DNA of 63,711 bases, filler included, from Lama guanicoe (Eukaryota): the NCBI GenBank assembly GCA_013239625.1. It is 212 parts of 212 records of this genome, joined end to end, with 100 filler letters (N's around TTAATTAATTAA, not from the genome) between each part and the next. Parts side by side here need not be neighbours in the genome. Positions count along the whole stretch, not along the records: positions 1 to 201 come from PNXV01030582.1; positions 302 to 502 come from PNXV01030583.1; positions 603 to 803 come from PNXV01030584.1; positions 904 to 1,104 come from PNXV01030585.1; positions 1,205 to 1,405 come from PNXV01030586.1; positions 1,506 to 1,706 come from PNXV01030587.1; positions 1,807 to 2,007 come from PNXV01030588.1; positions 2,108 to 2,308 come from PNXV01030589.1; 204 more parts are not named here. One strand, written 5' to 3'. This document shows positions 1-11,939 of this stretch, in pieces (within the stretch, counting starts at the first letter, position 1; the number at the start of each line of letters is the position of its first letter). The notes beneath the pieces are model-generated. The model was not told where the DNA came from. It searched no databases and worked only from the letters and a program-made list of their open reading frames with translations. Position numbers and translations under genes: made by a program.

Positions 1-201
1 ACGGCTGGTCACACGAGGCTGGATCCTTGCTCTGACTCGTTCACGTGGACTGAGGCTTCCGGGGTGATAGAGGGGGGCTCTCTGCATCCCACCAGCCGTC
101 TGTGAAGTGGGCCCTTTTGGGACTCTTTCCCAAGGTCCCACATCTGCCTGGCCCAAGGCCGAGCTCCTTCCGCCTGCACGATCCTCTCATCTCCACTGAT
201 C

Positions 202-301
202 NNNNNNNNNNNNNNNNNNNNNNNNNNNNNNNNNNNNNNNNNNNNTTAATTAATTAANNNNNNNNNNNNNNNNNNNNNNNNNNNNNNNNNNNNNNNNNNN
301 N
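202..301. other. Synthetic linker N44-TTAATTAATTAA-N44 (first of 211 copies; six-frame stop core at 246-257)
   Basis: The palindromic 12-mer has TAA in all three frames on both strands and is identical at every junction. Confidence 0.99.
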
Positions 302-1274
302 TATTTCTGGATAAAGAAAGCAAGCTGAACACATGCAACTAATATTGCTCCAGTCCCAAACCTCTCCATAACTGCAGTAAAGAAATATTTTTAAAAAAAA
401 TAATTCCTCAAGGAAGGGCAAGTAGGAGCAGAGATGACAATATTCTGAAAATGTGAAGAACATGGGCCAGCAGTAACAGCCTCAGCAGTGCCAAGGAAGT
501 CCNNNNNNNNNNNNNNNNNNNNNNNNNNNNNNNNNNNNNNNNNNNNTTAATTAATTAANNNNNNNNNNNNNNNNNNNNNNNNNNNNNNNNNNNNNNNNNN
601 NNTTCAATAAAAACCAAAAACAAAAAACAAATAAATGCACACAAATCAATGCCCCTGAGTGAGAGACCGGCCTCTGGGGACGGTGAGAGGGGTGGAGATG
701 GAGGGCTGGGTCATGTAGCGAGGCCACACTGAATACAGAGACCTCAGGACCCCAGGCTGGGAGAGCCGGAGGGCATGGCTGCCCCGCAAAGGGGTGGCAC
801 TTANNNNNNNNNNNNNNNNNNNNNNNNNNNNNNNNNNNNNNNNNNNNTTAATTAATTAANNNNNNNNNNNNNNNNNNNNNNNNNNNNNNNNNNNNNNNNN
901 NNNTGAACTAATCTTGCCTCACGTCTATTCAAAATTTCCATAAAGCAGGCTACTGCCACTCACTTTTACTTGCAAACTTCAAGGTAGCTAAACGGGAATT
1001 GGGCTCGTGCCATAAATAAGCTCGTAGAATCTCGTATTCATGCCAGGGTTAGTTTAATACGGAGCTTCTGTCTAGGAGCTGGTGCCCTGTTCTGGGAGTT
1101 CTGTNNNNNNNNNNNNNNNNNNNNNNNNNNNNNNNNNNNNNNNNNNNNTTAATTAATTAANNNNNNNNNNNNNNNNNNNNNNNNNNNNNNNNNNNNNNNN
1201 NNNNTCCTTCTCACTCAACTGCCTGGCGTTTTCCTAGCCTGAAAATGTAGGCACTAGACTTGCTCCTGACATGC

Positions 1275-1405
1275 CAGGATTTTCCTCACCTCCGTGCCTT
1301 TGCACATGCTATTCCGTCTCCCTGGAATACCTCCCTTTATCTCATCTCCTCATGAACTGCTGTTTCTCCTTCAGCGTGCAACTCAGTGATCTCTTCTCTG
1401 ACACT
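1275..1405 (+). mobile_element. LINE-2 fragment
   Basis: gcctttgcacatgctattccgtctccctggaatac resembles the recalled L2 3' consensus. Confidence 0.65.
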
Positions 1406-2107
1406 NNNNNNNNNNNNNNNNNNNNNNNNNNNNNNNNNNNNNNNNNNNNTTAATTAATTAANNNNNNNNNNNNNNNNNNNNNNNNNNNNNNNNNNNNNNN
1501 NNNNNCTTGATTTTCCCAGGACTTTGCTGGTGTAAGTACTGAAGGTCTCGTTTCCTTAGTTCACCCCCAGCCCTGGGCAAACTGGAAGGATTCGTTCCCC
1601 TGTCTGGGATGATTTTCCTGAATTTCACAGAAACTGATCATTTCCTTGACAAGGAAATGTCAAGGCAAGGAAATAGTATCATAGCAGCACTAGAGTTCTA
1701 AATGATNNNNNNNNNNNNNNNNNNNNNNNNNNNNNNNNNNNNNNNNNNNNTTAATTAATTAANNNNNNNNNNNNNNNNNNNNNNNNNNNNNNNNNNNNNN
1801 NNNNNNAAGGAGGGATGGCAATTCCCTCTGCTGACTGTGTGGGGAGCACAGCTCATGCCAAAGGAACTGTCTTACACCCTCGTGGAGCCTGACTCTGTAA
1901 TGTCTGCCTTTTACTGGTGCTCTGGAAGCTAAATCTTAAGTCACAGTATTTCTCCTACGGGGCCCCCAAAAGACACAGGTTCTAACATTTTTATAACAAC
2001 TGTCAATNNNNNNNNNNNNNNNNNNNNNNNNNNNNNNNNNNNNNNNNNNNNTTAATTAATTAANNNNNNNNNNNNNNNNNNNNNNNNNNNNNNNNNNNNN
2101 NNNNNNN

Positions 2108-2308
2108 GGGTTAGGAATTCAGAAAGGATATAGCAGGGATGGATCCACAATGCCTGCAGTCTCAACTGGCAAGACCTGAAGGCTGGGGGGGTGACTTGAC
2201 AGCTGGCGGCAGGAATCACGTGGAGGCAAGTTCACTCACACATCTGGTGGTGGATGCCTACTACCAGGTGGGGCCTCATCCGGGGCTGTCAGTCAGATTA
2301 CCTGCATG
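2108..2308. mobile_element. Ancient ERVL/MaLR-type LTR fragment (MLT1-like)
   Basis: aggaattcag...gaaggctgggggg...ggaatcacgtggaggcaagttcactcacacatctgg resembles an old LTR consensus; subfamily uncertain. Confidence 0.55.
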
Positions 2309-2408
2309 NNNNNNNNNNNNNNNNNNNNNNNNNNNNNNNNNNNNNNNNNNNNTTAATTAATTAANNNNNNNNNNNNNNNNNNNNNNNNNNNNNNNNNNNN
2401 NNNNNNNN

Positions 2409-2609
2409 ATCCCAATGAATGGCACCACCATTCATTTGGTTGCTTAGCTGAACTTCATGACCCCCACTACTTTGCACATCAAAGCGAAAAACGAATAATG
2501 TGGGCTCATCTTTCCCATTGCACATCCTGAATTTGTTCATTTCTCATCAATTACATAGCGACTTTTCTAACGCAAGTCACCATCATCTCCCTTTCTCTAA
2601 TGCACAGCT
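2409..2609 (+). repeat. Near-identical reverse-complement partner of 16254-16454 (L2-like sequence)
   Basis: End-to-end alignment with the same boundaries and 7 substitutions. Confidence 0.95.
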
Positions 2610-2709
2610 NNNNNNNNNNNNNNNNNNNNNNNNNNNNNNNNNNNNNNNNNNNNTTAATTAATTAANNNNNNNNNNNNNNNNNNNNNNNNNNNNNNNNNNN
2701 NNNNNNNNN

Positions 2710-2909
2710 CTCCACAGCCTCTCCAGAATTTATCATTTGTGGACTTTTGAATGATGGCCATTCTAACTAGTGTGAGGTGATAACCCATTGTAGTTTTGAT
2801 TTGCATTTCTTTGATAATTAGTACTGTTGAGCATTTTTTCATGCCTTCTGACCATTTGTGTGCCTTCATTGGAGAATTGCTTGTTTAGGTCTTCTGCCCA
2901 TTTTTGGAT
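2710..2909 (-). mobile_element. LINE-1 ORF2 C-terminal Cys-rich region fragment
   Basis: Translation [32 protein letters not shown] matches the L1 ORF2p motif MQIKTTMRYHLTPVRMA..CWRGCGE. Confidence 0.95.
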
Positions 2910-3044
2910 NNNNNNNNNNNNNNNNNNNNNNNNNNNNNNNNNNNNNNNNNNNNTTAATTAATTAANNNNNNNNNNNNNNNNNNNNNNNNNNNNNNNNNNN
3001 NNNNNNNNNTATGATACACAGAACATGAAACAAACGCATTAATT

Positions 3045-3210
3045 TAAATGTGAATTTAATTCACTGCGTTTTAGTATGTTCACAGAGTTGTGCAACCATC
3101 ACCATATCTAACTTTCGTACGTTTTCATCAAAAGAAACCTGGAACCCATTAGCAGTCAGTCTCTCCCCATTCCTGGCCCGACTCCCTTAACGCAGGCAAC
3201 CACAAATCTA
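3045..3210 (-). mobile_element. Old L1M (L1MB-like) 3' UTR fragment
   Basis: gagttgtgcaaccatcacc...aaagaaacc..acccattagcagtca...ggcaaccacaaatcta. Confidence 0.75.
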
Positions 3211-3310
3211 NNNNNNNNNNNNNNNNNNNNNNNNNNNNNNNNNNNNNNNNNNNNTTAATTAATTAANNNNNNNNNNNNNNNNNNNNNNNNNNNNNNNNNN
3301 NNNNNNNNNN

Positions 3311-3511
3311 TTTCTTCATGTTTCCTGTGCGTGCTGTTTTTTGTGCTTCTGGAATCTATAGGTTTGTAGCTTTATCACACACAGAAATGTTCTGCCATTG
3401 TTTCTTTGGGTGTCCTTCTGGATTCCCCTACTGCTCTTTGGTTTACGGGTCTCCAATTACACGTGTGTTAGGCTGCTGGAAGTTGACCCACAGCTAGGGA
3501 TGCTCCTTTTA
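3311..3511 (-). mobile_element. Old L1M 5'/ORF1-region fragment
   Basis: ctccaattacacgtgtgttaggctgctggaagttgacccacagct resembles the antisense of an old L1M ORF1. Confidence 0.6.
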
Positions 3512-5116
3512 NNNNNNNNNNNNNNNNNNNNNNNNNNNNNNNNNNNNNNNNNNNNTTAATTAATTAANNNNNNNNNNNNNNNNNNNNNNNNNNNNNNNNN
3601 NNNNNNNNNNNACAGTGGAATTTCGTGTCAAACTGGAATATGTTGGGGTGTCAGAGGTACGTCTGGTATCTTTAACCCATTTATTCTTCAGGATCTTAAT
3701 ACTTAAGATGGGAAATTTCCCATGATTCCAGCTGTTCAAATCTGGTCACATCTTTCACAAAATAAATATGTCACATTACTTATTCAGTCGACAAAAGAAC
3801 TGGATTTTAACCNNNNNNNNNNNNNNNNNNNNNNNNNNNNNNNNNNNNNNNNNNNNTTAATTAATTAANNNNNNNNNNNNNNNNNNNNNNNNNNNNNNNN
3901 NNNNNNNNNNNNCTTTAACATGTCAGCAGGAATCTTTGTCCTGAAGCTACTTGTGGTTCTCCTGTGAGATCTTCTGTCCGGTACTGCCTCAGTCCAGGGC
4001 ATCCTCCCATGGACAGGAGTGTGGGCCACCCCTGCATTTGCACTCAGCGTGTTGTAATATAACACGTTCCTTATGGGTTTGCCCCTCTCTTCAACACCTT
4101 GAGGGCAGGAATCNNNNNNNNNNNNNNNNNNNNNNNNNNNNNNNNNNNNNNNNNNNNTTAATTAATTAANNNNNNNNNNNNNNNNNNNNNNNNNNNNNNN
4201 NNNNNNNNNNNNNTTTTTTTTTTTTTAACAGAAATGAAGTGATCAGAGTTTTCATGCCGGGCCGGGTAATGTATCTTGGCTCATGTCAAAGGTGATGACA
4301 GTGGACAGCGAGGGATCGTGTTCAGTGGCGAGACCACTGTAGCCTCACGACTGAAGAGCAGTGGCGATCTGAAGAAAGGGACGTGATCCCTGGCATGGGA
4401 CAGAGAGGTTCAGANNNNNNNNNNNNNNNNNNNNNNNNNNNNNNNNNNNNNNNNNNNNTTAATTAATTAANNNNNNNNNNNNNNNNNNNNNNNNNNNNNN
4501 NNNNNNNNNNNNNNGGGGAAAACAAAGACATTGTAAAACAGCCATATATACACGTAAGATATACAACAGATATATATGCATGTATACATATATATATCTT
4601 AAACGATCACATGGTTTAACAAAGTGAATCAGTAACTTATGGAGATCAGACTCCTACTTCCCCACTGAGACTGAGGCGAAAAGGAAACGGTCTTTCTTGA
4701 TGATTATATTCCAAANNNNNNNNNNNNNNNNNNNNNNNNNNNNNNNNNNNNNNNNNNNNTTAATTAATTAANNNNNNNNNNNNNNNNNNNNNNNNNNNNN
4801 NNNNNNNNNNNNNNNGCACAGATTCTAAATGATCGGTATCAGATCCAAATTCTTGTCCAGTTACTCTCTCCTCTTCTCTCCAGCAGCCAGCGTCCGCAGG
4901 TTTTAGTGCCGCTCGGAATCTCCCTTCTCTTCCTACAACGTTGTGGTCGGTCCACGAGTCCAGCTCTGCACCCTCCAGGCTATCTGTGCTGTCCCTTTCT
5001 GAGATGGTTTCCATCGNNNNNNNNNNNNNNNNNNNNNNNNNNNNNNNNNNNNNNNNNNNNTTAATTAATTAANNNNNNNNNNNNNNNNNNNNNNNNNNNN
5101 NNNNNNNNNNNNNNNN

Positions 5117-5190
5117 CCACAACCTAATTCCAGAGCATCTTTATTACCCCATAAAGAAGCCCTGCACCCATTAGCAATCACGTTCCATCC
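5117..5190 (-). mobile_element. L1MB-like 3' UTR fragment
   Basis: ctaattccagagcatctttattaccccataaagaagccctgcacccattagcaatcac. Confidence 0.65.
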
Positions 5191-7524
5191 GCTCCACTCA
5201 CACCCTGCCCCGCCAAGCTCAGGTCGGCTTTCTCATTGGATTTGCCAAGGTTTCTTCCCTTTTAAAATTTTTGTTTATTAACTTTTGATGTTTGGATGAC
5301 AGAAGTTAAATTAATCANNNNNNNNNNNNNNNNNNNNNNNNNNNNNNNNNNNNNNNNNNNNTTAATTAATTAANNNNNNNNNNNNNNNNNNNNNNNNNNN
5401 NNNNNNNNNNNNNNNNNTACACTGAAAGGAGAAAAATCACATTTTAACAAAGGAATACAGAGCATAGCAAAGGTTCAGAGCTGGGGTCAGGAAAGTGGAC
5501 CCACTGGTCCATTTTCACGCCAGCCATCATTGTGGGAGGGGCACGGGACTGGGAAATGTAACCGCTCCGTCTCACGCTGCCCTGTGTCACCTCAGTGGTT
5601 GGGAGCCATCTCCTGAGANNNNNNNNNNNNNNNNNNNNNNNNNNNNNNNNNNNNNNNNNNNNTTAATTAATTAANNNNNNNNNNNNNNNNNNNNNNNNNN
5701 NNNNNNNNNNNNNNNNNNGCAGCCTCTGTCTCTGGGATTTCCTGTAAACCCCCCTAGCGTTCCCTGGAACAGAGACATTAGGAAAACACTCACTGGTGAT
5801 GAGCTTAGGCATTCCCTTAGAACCCATGCGCTGCTGAAGGTTGGTGGAGCCTCCCCACGCTCAGGAATCAGGAACCATAATCAGTGCGTGGAGAACTCGA
5901 GAGAAAACTCCACGCAGCTNNNNNNNNNNNNNNNNNNNNNNNNNNNNNNNNNNNNNNNNNNNNTTAATTAATTAANNNNNNNNNNNNNNNNNNNNNNNNN
6001 NNNNNNNNNNNNNNNNNNNTCAGCAGAAGCCCACAGGAAAAGCAGGGGGCTAGTAAGAAGTGGACCACTCTGCTTATCAGAGAACATAGAAGATACTAAG
6101 TTTTTCTGAGAAAACTTATTTTTTGTTCACCCAACATGTGGGTACTGGTGACCAGTCATTAGACAGTCACTTTTTTCTACCATGTCTCTCATGGCTCTAA
6201 AAAGGGAGTGTTGCTTTTCTNNNNNNNNNNNNNNNNNNNNNNNNNNNNNNNNNNNNNNNNNNNNTTAATTAATTAANNNNNNNNNNNNNNNNNNNNNNNN
6301 NNNNNNNNNNNNNNNNNNNNTACAGCAATCAAGAAGAAACTGTTCAAGTAAATATTACTGGGCTATTAAATGAATGCAACCATTTTTACCTTAAATTATC
6401 ATTTAAGTCTCATAGAGAAAGAATATATTAATACATTGATTGATATATATATATATAATAAAAAATAAATTGTAAGTTTAAAGTTAAAAATCATTCTACA
6501 GTTTTACTTAGTCAATAAGACNNNNNNNNNNNNNNNNNNNNNNNNNNNNNNNNNNNNNNNNNNNNTTAATTAATTAANNNNNNNNNNNNNNNNNNNNNNN
6601 NNNNNNNNNNNNNNNNNNNNNGAGTTATTCTCCACTGAGGCAAGGATGCCCACCCTTCATGCCTCTAAACTGTACCTGACACAGATTCAAAGTTAATCAA
6701 ATAGAGACTTCACTCTCAATGAAATTCAAATCATTACTGGGCAGAAAAGAACAGAGGAGTGTTCCAGAAAGAAACAACAACATGTGCAAAAGAGCAAAGG
6801 TGAAAACGCCCGTAGTGAATTTNNNNNNNNNNNNNNNNNNNNNNNNNNNNNNNNNNNNNNNNNNNNTTAATTAATTAANNNNNNNNNNNNNNNNNNNNNN
6901 NNNNNNNNNNNNNNNNNNNNNNGGCTGTGTTCTCTCCTATACCTAACCATGGCTTGTGAACTGGTACACACTGCCTGCATCCTCCCCTAAACTTCTTGTA
7001 TCTGCTCACCTCAGTTGTGTTTTCAATTTCTGCTTGGTTACCTAAACCAAATCATGACTGCTTGCTTTATTGGGGGGGGGGGTTTACCATGGATTACACT
7101 TGAAGTCCATGAAATCTTTCATGNNNNNNNNNNNNNNNNNNNNNNNNNNNNNNNNNNNNNNNNNNNNTTAATTAATTAANNNNNNNNNNNNNNNNNNNNN
7201 NNNNNNNNNNNNNNNNNNNNNNNTCTCTTTACCCTCCAGAGTTAGTTTATCTCCCAGGTGGGCCTCCCAGGAGAGCTCGAGGTCTTGAGACCCAGCTAGG
7301 GCTACATGGAAAAGACGCAGACGCAGGAGCCGTGGGGGGTCAGCCCGTGCCCTACCTCCTGCTTCTGGCCCCGCACACACACTGCCCTCACCGCACACTT
7401 GGGCTGGGCCTCCTTCCTGATGGGNNNNNNNNNNNNNNNNNNNNNNNNNNNNNNNNNNNNNNNNNNNNTTAATTAATTAANNNNNNNNNNNNNNNNNNNN
7501 NNNNNNNNNNNNNNNNNNNNNNNN

Positions 7525-7725
7525 ACTATTTTTATAGATTGATGGAACTGATTTGCTAATATCTTGTAAATCAATATGTCTAAGTTTTGACATAGATTAA
7601 GCAGTACTTTTCTTTACTGTGTTGTTAAAATGAGCTGGGAAATATTATTACCTGTTATTTTCTGGAAGAGCTAGTGTAAAATTGGTAATTCTTCTTTAAA
7701 AGTTTGGTAGAATTTTCCTGTGATA
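7525..7725 (-). mobile_element. Degenerate L1 ORF2 fragment
   Basis: aaaatgagctgggaa...ttttctggaagag...ttctttaaaagtttggtagaattttcctgtga is typical antisense L1 ORF2. Confidence 0.7.
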
Positions 7726-8519
7726 NNNNNNNNNNNNNNNNNNNNNNNNNNNNNNNNNNNNNNNNNNNNTTAATTAATTAANNNNNNNNNNNNNNNNNNN
7801 NNNNNNNNNNNNNNNNNNNNNNNNNATAAATGATCAATAAAGTTCCATCAAATCAATTTGGGAAGGACTAATAACTGTTTTGCTTGATCAGCTCTGCTCT
7901 CACTGAGTGGGATGCGGACCAAGCCCACTCAGCTCCTTTGGCACATAGAGTAAGAGTGAAGTTAGAGGGCTTCACTGCTTCTGGGATGACCTTTATGCAA
8001 AGGCGGTGGGAGGCAGGTGTCAGTGANNNNNNNNNNNNNNNNNNNNNNNNNNNNNNNNNNNNNNNNNNNNTTAATTAATTAANNNNNNNNNNNNNNNNNN
8101 NNNNNNNNNNNNNNNNNNNNNNNNNNAAGTACTTCACACAAATGGATTTTATACATATTTTAACAAATGTGGCATGAGGAGAAATGAAAAATTGGAATGA
8201 GGCTACTGACTCACGAAAGACAATGAAGCATGATTTTAAAAAGTTCTTTAGACTTCATGCCTAAATATTTTAAGGTACGCTTTATCAAACTTTTGAGGAA
8301 AAGCTAATTTTAACATTATACAAACTCNNNNNNNNNNNNNNNNNNNNNNNNNNNNNNNNNNNNNNNNNNNNTTAATTAATTAANNNNNNNNNNNNNNNNN
8401 NNNNNNNNNNNNNNNNNNNNNNNNNNNAGTAATCCTAAAAGGTAAAAAGTGAAAATAAAGTTATATTAAAGGAAGATGGTATCAGCAGAAAAAGCACTAA
8501 ATTTTACATGAGATGCTTC

Positions 8520-8628
8520 ATTTTTAATTGCAGTACAGTAGATGTTCTATATTGTGTAGTCTCAGATGTACAGCCTAGTGATTCCAACCACTTTGTTGAT
8601 TACACTGCATTATAAATTATTACAATAA
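8520..8628 (-). mobile_element. L1 3' end (artiodactyl type), antisense
   Basis: tttttaattgcagtacagtag...tcagatgtacagcctagtgattc. Confidence 0.6.
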
Positions 8629-8728
8629 NNNNNNNNNNNNNNNNNNNNNNNNNNNNNNNNNNNNNNNNNNNNTTAATTAATTAANNNNNNNNNNNNNNNN
8701 NNNNNNNNNNNNNNNNNNNNNNNNNNNN

Positions 8729-8880
8729 TTAATGTATAAATTAGTAGATAAATGGGCAAAAGAATTAAACAGGCACTTTACAAAACAACAAATCTAAATG
8801 CTCAGTAAGCTTCTGAAAAGATGCCCAACCTACATCAGCAGAATGAAAATTAAAACTATAATGAGTACACAACCACACAT
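8729..8880 (+). mobile_element. Old L1 ORF2 C-terminal fragment
   Basis: aaatgggcaaaagaattaaacaggcactttac (KWAKELNRHF) followed by gaaaagatgcccaacc and aaaattaaaactataatgag. Confidence 0.8.
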
Positions 8881-9631
8881 TTGTACACACACACGCATGT
8901 AAGAATAGCAGAGCAAAAACAAAAACAACNNNNNNNNNNNNNNNNNNNNNNNNNNNNNNNNNNNNNNNNNNNNTTAATTAATTAANNNNNNNNNNNNNNN
9001 NNNNNNNNNNNNNNNNNNNNNNNNNNNNNTTTGATTTTTATATCAATCCATTGTTTGTTTAATATTGTATGATTTATCTTCCACATTTACTATTTTTCTT
9101 AGTTTTTTTCTTTTAGTAAATTTCTATTATCACAGAATCCATACTTTTTTTGAAAAAATAAGGAGAAAAATAATAAAATTAATACAAAAATTGGAAAGAG
9201 CCAAATTTTCTAAAATTATCTTGGAAAAATNNNNNNNNNNNNNNNNNNNNNNNNNNNNNNNNNNNNNNNNNNNNTTAATTAATTAANNNNNNNNNNNNNN
9301 NNNNNNNNNNNNNNNNNNNNNNNNNNNNNNGGCTTTGAAGAGGGTAGAAAATATGACCGTATCTAGAAGCAGGTAAGGACTCAAAGGAGAGTTTGTTTTG
9401 CTTTGCTTAAGATGAAAGACAGTCAGGAATGCTTGTACGATCTCTGAAGTCGAATCGATTTTCACAGAAACCACCTTTTATCCCGGTTTTAAGGTCTTCT
9501 CTACTTTGTTCCCTACAACCAACTTCTTGGCNNNNNNNNNNNNNNNNNNNNNNNNNNNNNNNNNNNNNNNNNNNNTTAATTAATTAANNNNNNNNNNNNN
9601 NNNNNNNNNNNNNNNNNNNNNNNNNNNNNNN

Positions 9632-9832
9632 TGCTGCTGTCGCCTGGCAGGTAAGGGGGCGCTGGTGGGGGCGCGCAGGTCAGGGAGCCTGGGGTTGAGG
9701 CCTGGGCTGCGTTGGGGAGGCGCACAAGGAGGGCTGCGCAGGCGAGGCCCGGGCCATGCGGCCTGTTAGGACACGGAGGCGGAGCCGGGGCCGCTGTCCT
9801 GGTTCGCGGTGCACCCCCCCCCCCCCCCCCCC
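9632..9832 (+). promoter_or_regulatory. CpG-island fragment with putative exon end and 5' splice site (CAG|GTAAGG, intron from 9651); ends in a C20 run
   Basis: Very GC- and CpG-rich with a strong donor consensus. Confidence 0.45.
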
Positions 9833-10233
9833 NNNNNNNNNNNNNNNNNNNNNNNNNNNNNNNNNNNNNNNNNNNNTTAATTAATTAANNNNNNNNNNNN
9901 NNNNNNNNNNNNNNNNNNNNNNNNNNNNNNNNCCGACCGAAGGGCGACGTGGTGGAGTCACATGAAGGCGCTGCGTGTGGCGTCTGGAAAACTGGGAGAC
10001 ACGGCTGCAGTTACAGTCATCGTCCACTCGTAAGCTCCATCCCACACCCGCCTTCTTCACGGAGCTTCTCCGCCTGCTCTAGCCACGCAGCAATCAAGTC
10101 CTCGTGCAGCGGGGGCACCCAGTTTAGCCCTAANNNNNNNNNNNNNNNNNNNNNNNNNNNNNNNNNNNNNNNNNNNNTTAATTAATTAANNNNNNNNNNN
10201 NNNNNNNNNNNNNNNNNNNNNNNNNNNNNNNNN

Positions 10234-10400
10234 CACCTGGTAATGTCTAAAGATTTTTTTTTATTGCCATGGCTGGAGGTGCGACCGGTCTCGTAGGTGG
10301 AGGCTAGGAATGCTTCTAAACATCCTACAACAGGATCGCCCCCAACAAAAGGGGGTTGTTCCATCTGAAATGTCACTAATGCCGAAGTTGAGTCACTCTG
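10234..10400. mobile_element. MER20 (hAT-Charlie) DNA transposon fragment
   Basis: ggtaatgtctaaagattttt...gaggctaggaatgcttctaaacatcctacaa...aaatgtcactaatgccgaagttgag. Confidence 0.8.
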
Positions 10401-10534
10401 CTATAACCCTTTCCAGTCATTCTTCCTGTGGCCCNNNNNNNNNNNNNNNNNNNNNNNNNNNNNNNNNNNNNNNNNNNNTTAATTAATTAANNNNNNNNNN
10501 NNNNNNNNNNNNNNNNNNNNNNNNNNNNNNNNNN

Positions 10535-10616
10535 AGCCTATAATGAAAAGAAACATGAAAAGGAATATATATATATATATATACACACTATATATATATA
10601 TATATATATACACACA

Positions 10617-10653
<37 letters not shown>

Positions 10654-10735
10654 ACTGAATCACCATGTTGTACACCAGAAATTAACACATTGTAGACCGA
10701 CTATACTTCAATTAAAAATAAAATAAAGCAATAAT
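10535..10735 (+). mobile_element. Young L1 3' end with internal (TA)n/(CA)n microsatellite and A-rich tail
   Basis: aactgaatcaccatgttgtacaccagaaattaacacattgtagaccgactatacttcaattaaaaataaaataaa; microsatellite at about 10565-10651. Confidence 0.85.
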
Positions 10736-11738
10736 NNNNNNNNNNNNNNNNNNNNNNNNNNNNNNNNNNNNNNNNNNNNTTAATTAATTAANNNNNNNNN
10801 NNNNNNNNNNNNNNNNNNNNNNNNNNNNNNNNNNNTCCCATTCAGCAGGTCTTTGCGTGTGCTTCCGTTAGATAGAAAGGGACGGTTATCTGTGCACTTG
10901 AGTCTACTCCCCCAGGCCTCCCTGACACAAAAGGCTGGCTGGCGTGGCCCCACCCGTCTCCACCCCGCACCACCGTTGGTGCTGCTGTACTGATTTCCTC
11001 TCAGATGTTTCCCTCTCTTGTCTGTGACAGTCCCACNNNNNNNNNNNNNNNNNNNNNNNNNNNNNNNNNNNNNNNNNNNNTTAATTAATTAANNNNNNNN
11101 NNNNNNNNNNNNNNNNNNNNNNNNNNNNNNNNNNNNAAAAAGAGCAACCACTGGCCATTTTCGTCCAGTTCTAAACATACAGTTTCGGGATGTATTCACT
11201 CAGTGATAAGAAAGATTAACTTGGCTAATATAAGACCTGGATAACACCTTTTTTTACAAATAACTTAAGAGCTACATAGCAACTGCTATTTTCTTCAAAG
11301 GAAGGAATTAAAAAGACCAAAAAGATAAGAAAGAAAANNNNNNNNNNNNNNNNNNNNNNNNNNNNNNNNNNNNNNNNNNNNTTAATTAATTAANNNNNNN
11401 NNNNNNNNNNNNNNNNNNNNNNNNNNNNNNNNNNNNNTGGTATCAGTGAATCAGTTTGACTGAATTCATTCCACTGTTAGTCTGCAAGTTACAGAGAGGT
11501 AGTGTTTACAATTTTCCTTCCATCCGATTATCTTTTTGTTTTTCATGTACAGATTCTACAGCCTTATCTTCTATGGTACTTCTGTTAAGCTGAGAGTTTC
11601 ATGTGCTTTCTCCTTAGTTCAGGCTCTTTCTAGCTGGANNNNNNNNNNNNNNNNNNNNNNNNNNNNNNNNNNNNNNNNNNNNTTAATTAATTAANNNNNN
11701 NNNNNNNNNNNNNNNNNNNNNNNNNNNNNNNNNNNNNN

Positions 11739-11939
11739 CAAGACACATGATTTGTCAAAATTCTGAAAACTAAAGACCAAGAAAAAATTTTTAGAAGTAC
11801 TTTGAGTGAGACAGTACTTACATATGGGGGAAAATAACTTGAATGACACCAAACTTCCCACCAGAAACCACTGCAATCAGAAGTAGCTAGCACAGTTTTT
11901 TAAGTGCCTGAAAGACAAGAACTATTAATCTAGAATTCT
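11739..11939 (+). mobile_element. Degenerate L1 ORF1 C-terminal fragment
   Basis: agacacatgatttgtcaaaattctgaaaactaaagaccaagaaaaaattttt resembles RHIIVK..KTKDKEKIL; also contains ...tctagaattct. Confidence 0.75.

Noticed and set aside
4292..4372. GTGATGA ... CTGA, resembling C/D-box snoRNA motifs
   Set aside because: No terminal stem or recognisable rRNA guide; such short motifs are expected by chance.
5885..5916. 9-bp inverted repeat tgcgtggag/ctccacgca
   Set aside because: Too short for a miRNA-type hairpin and plausible by chance.
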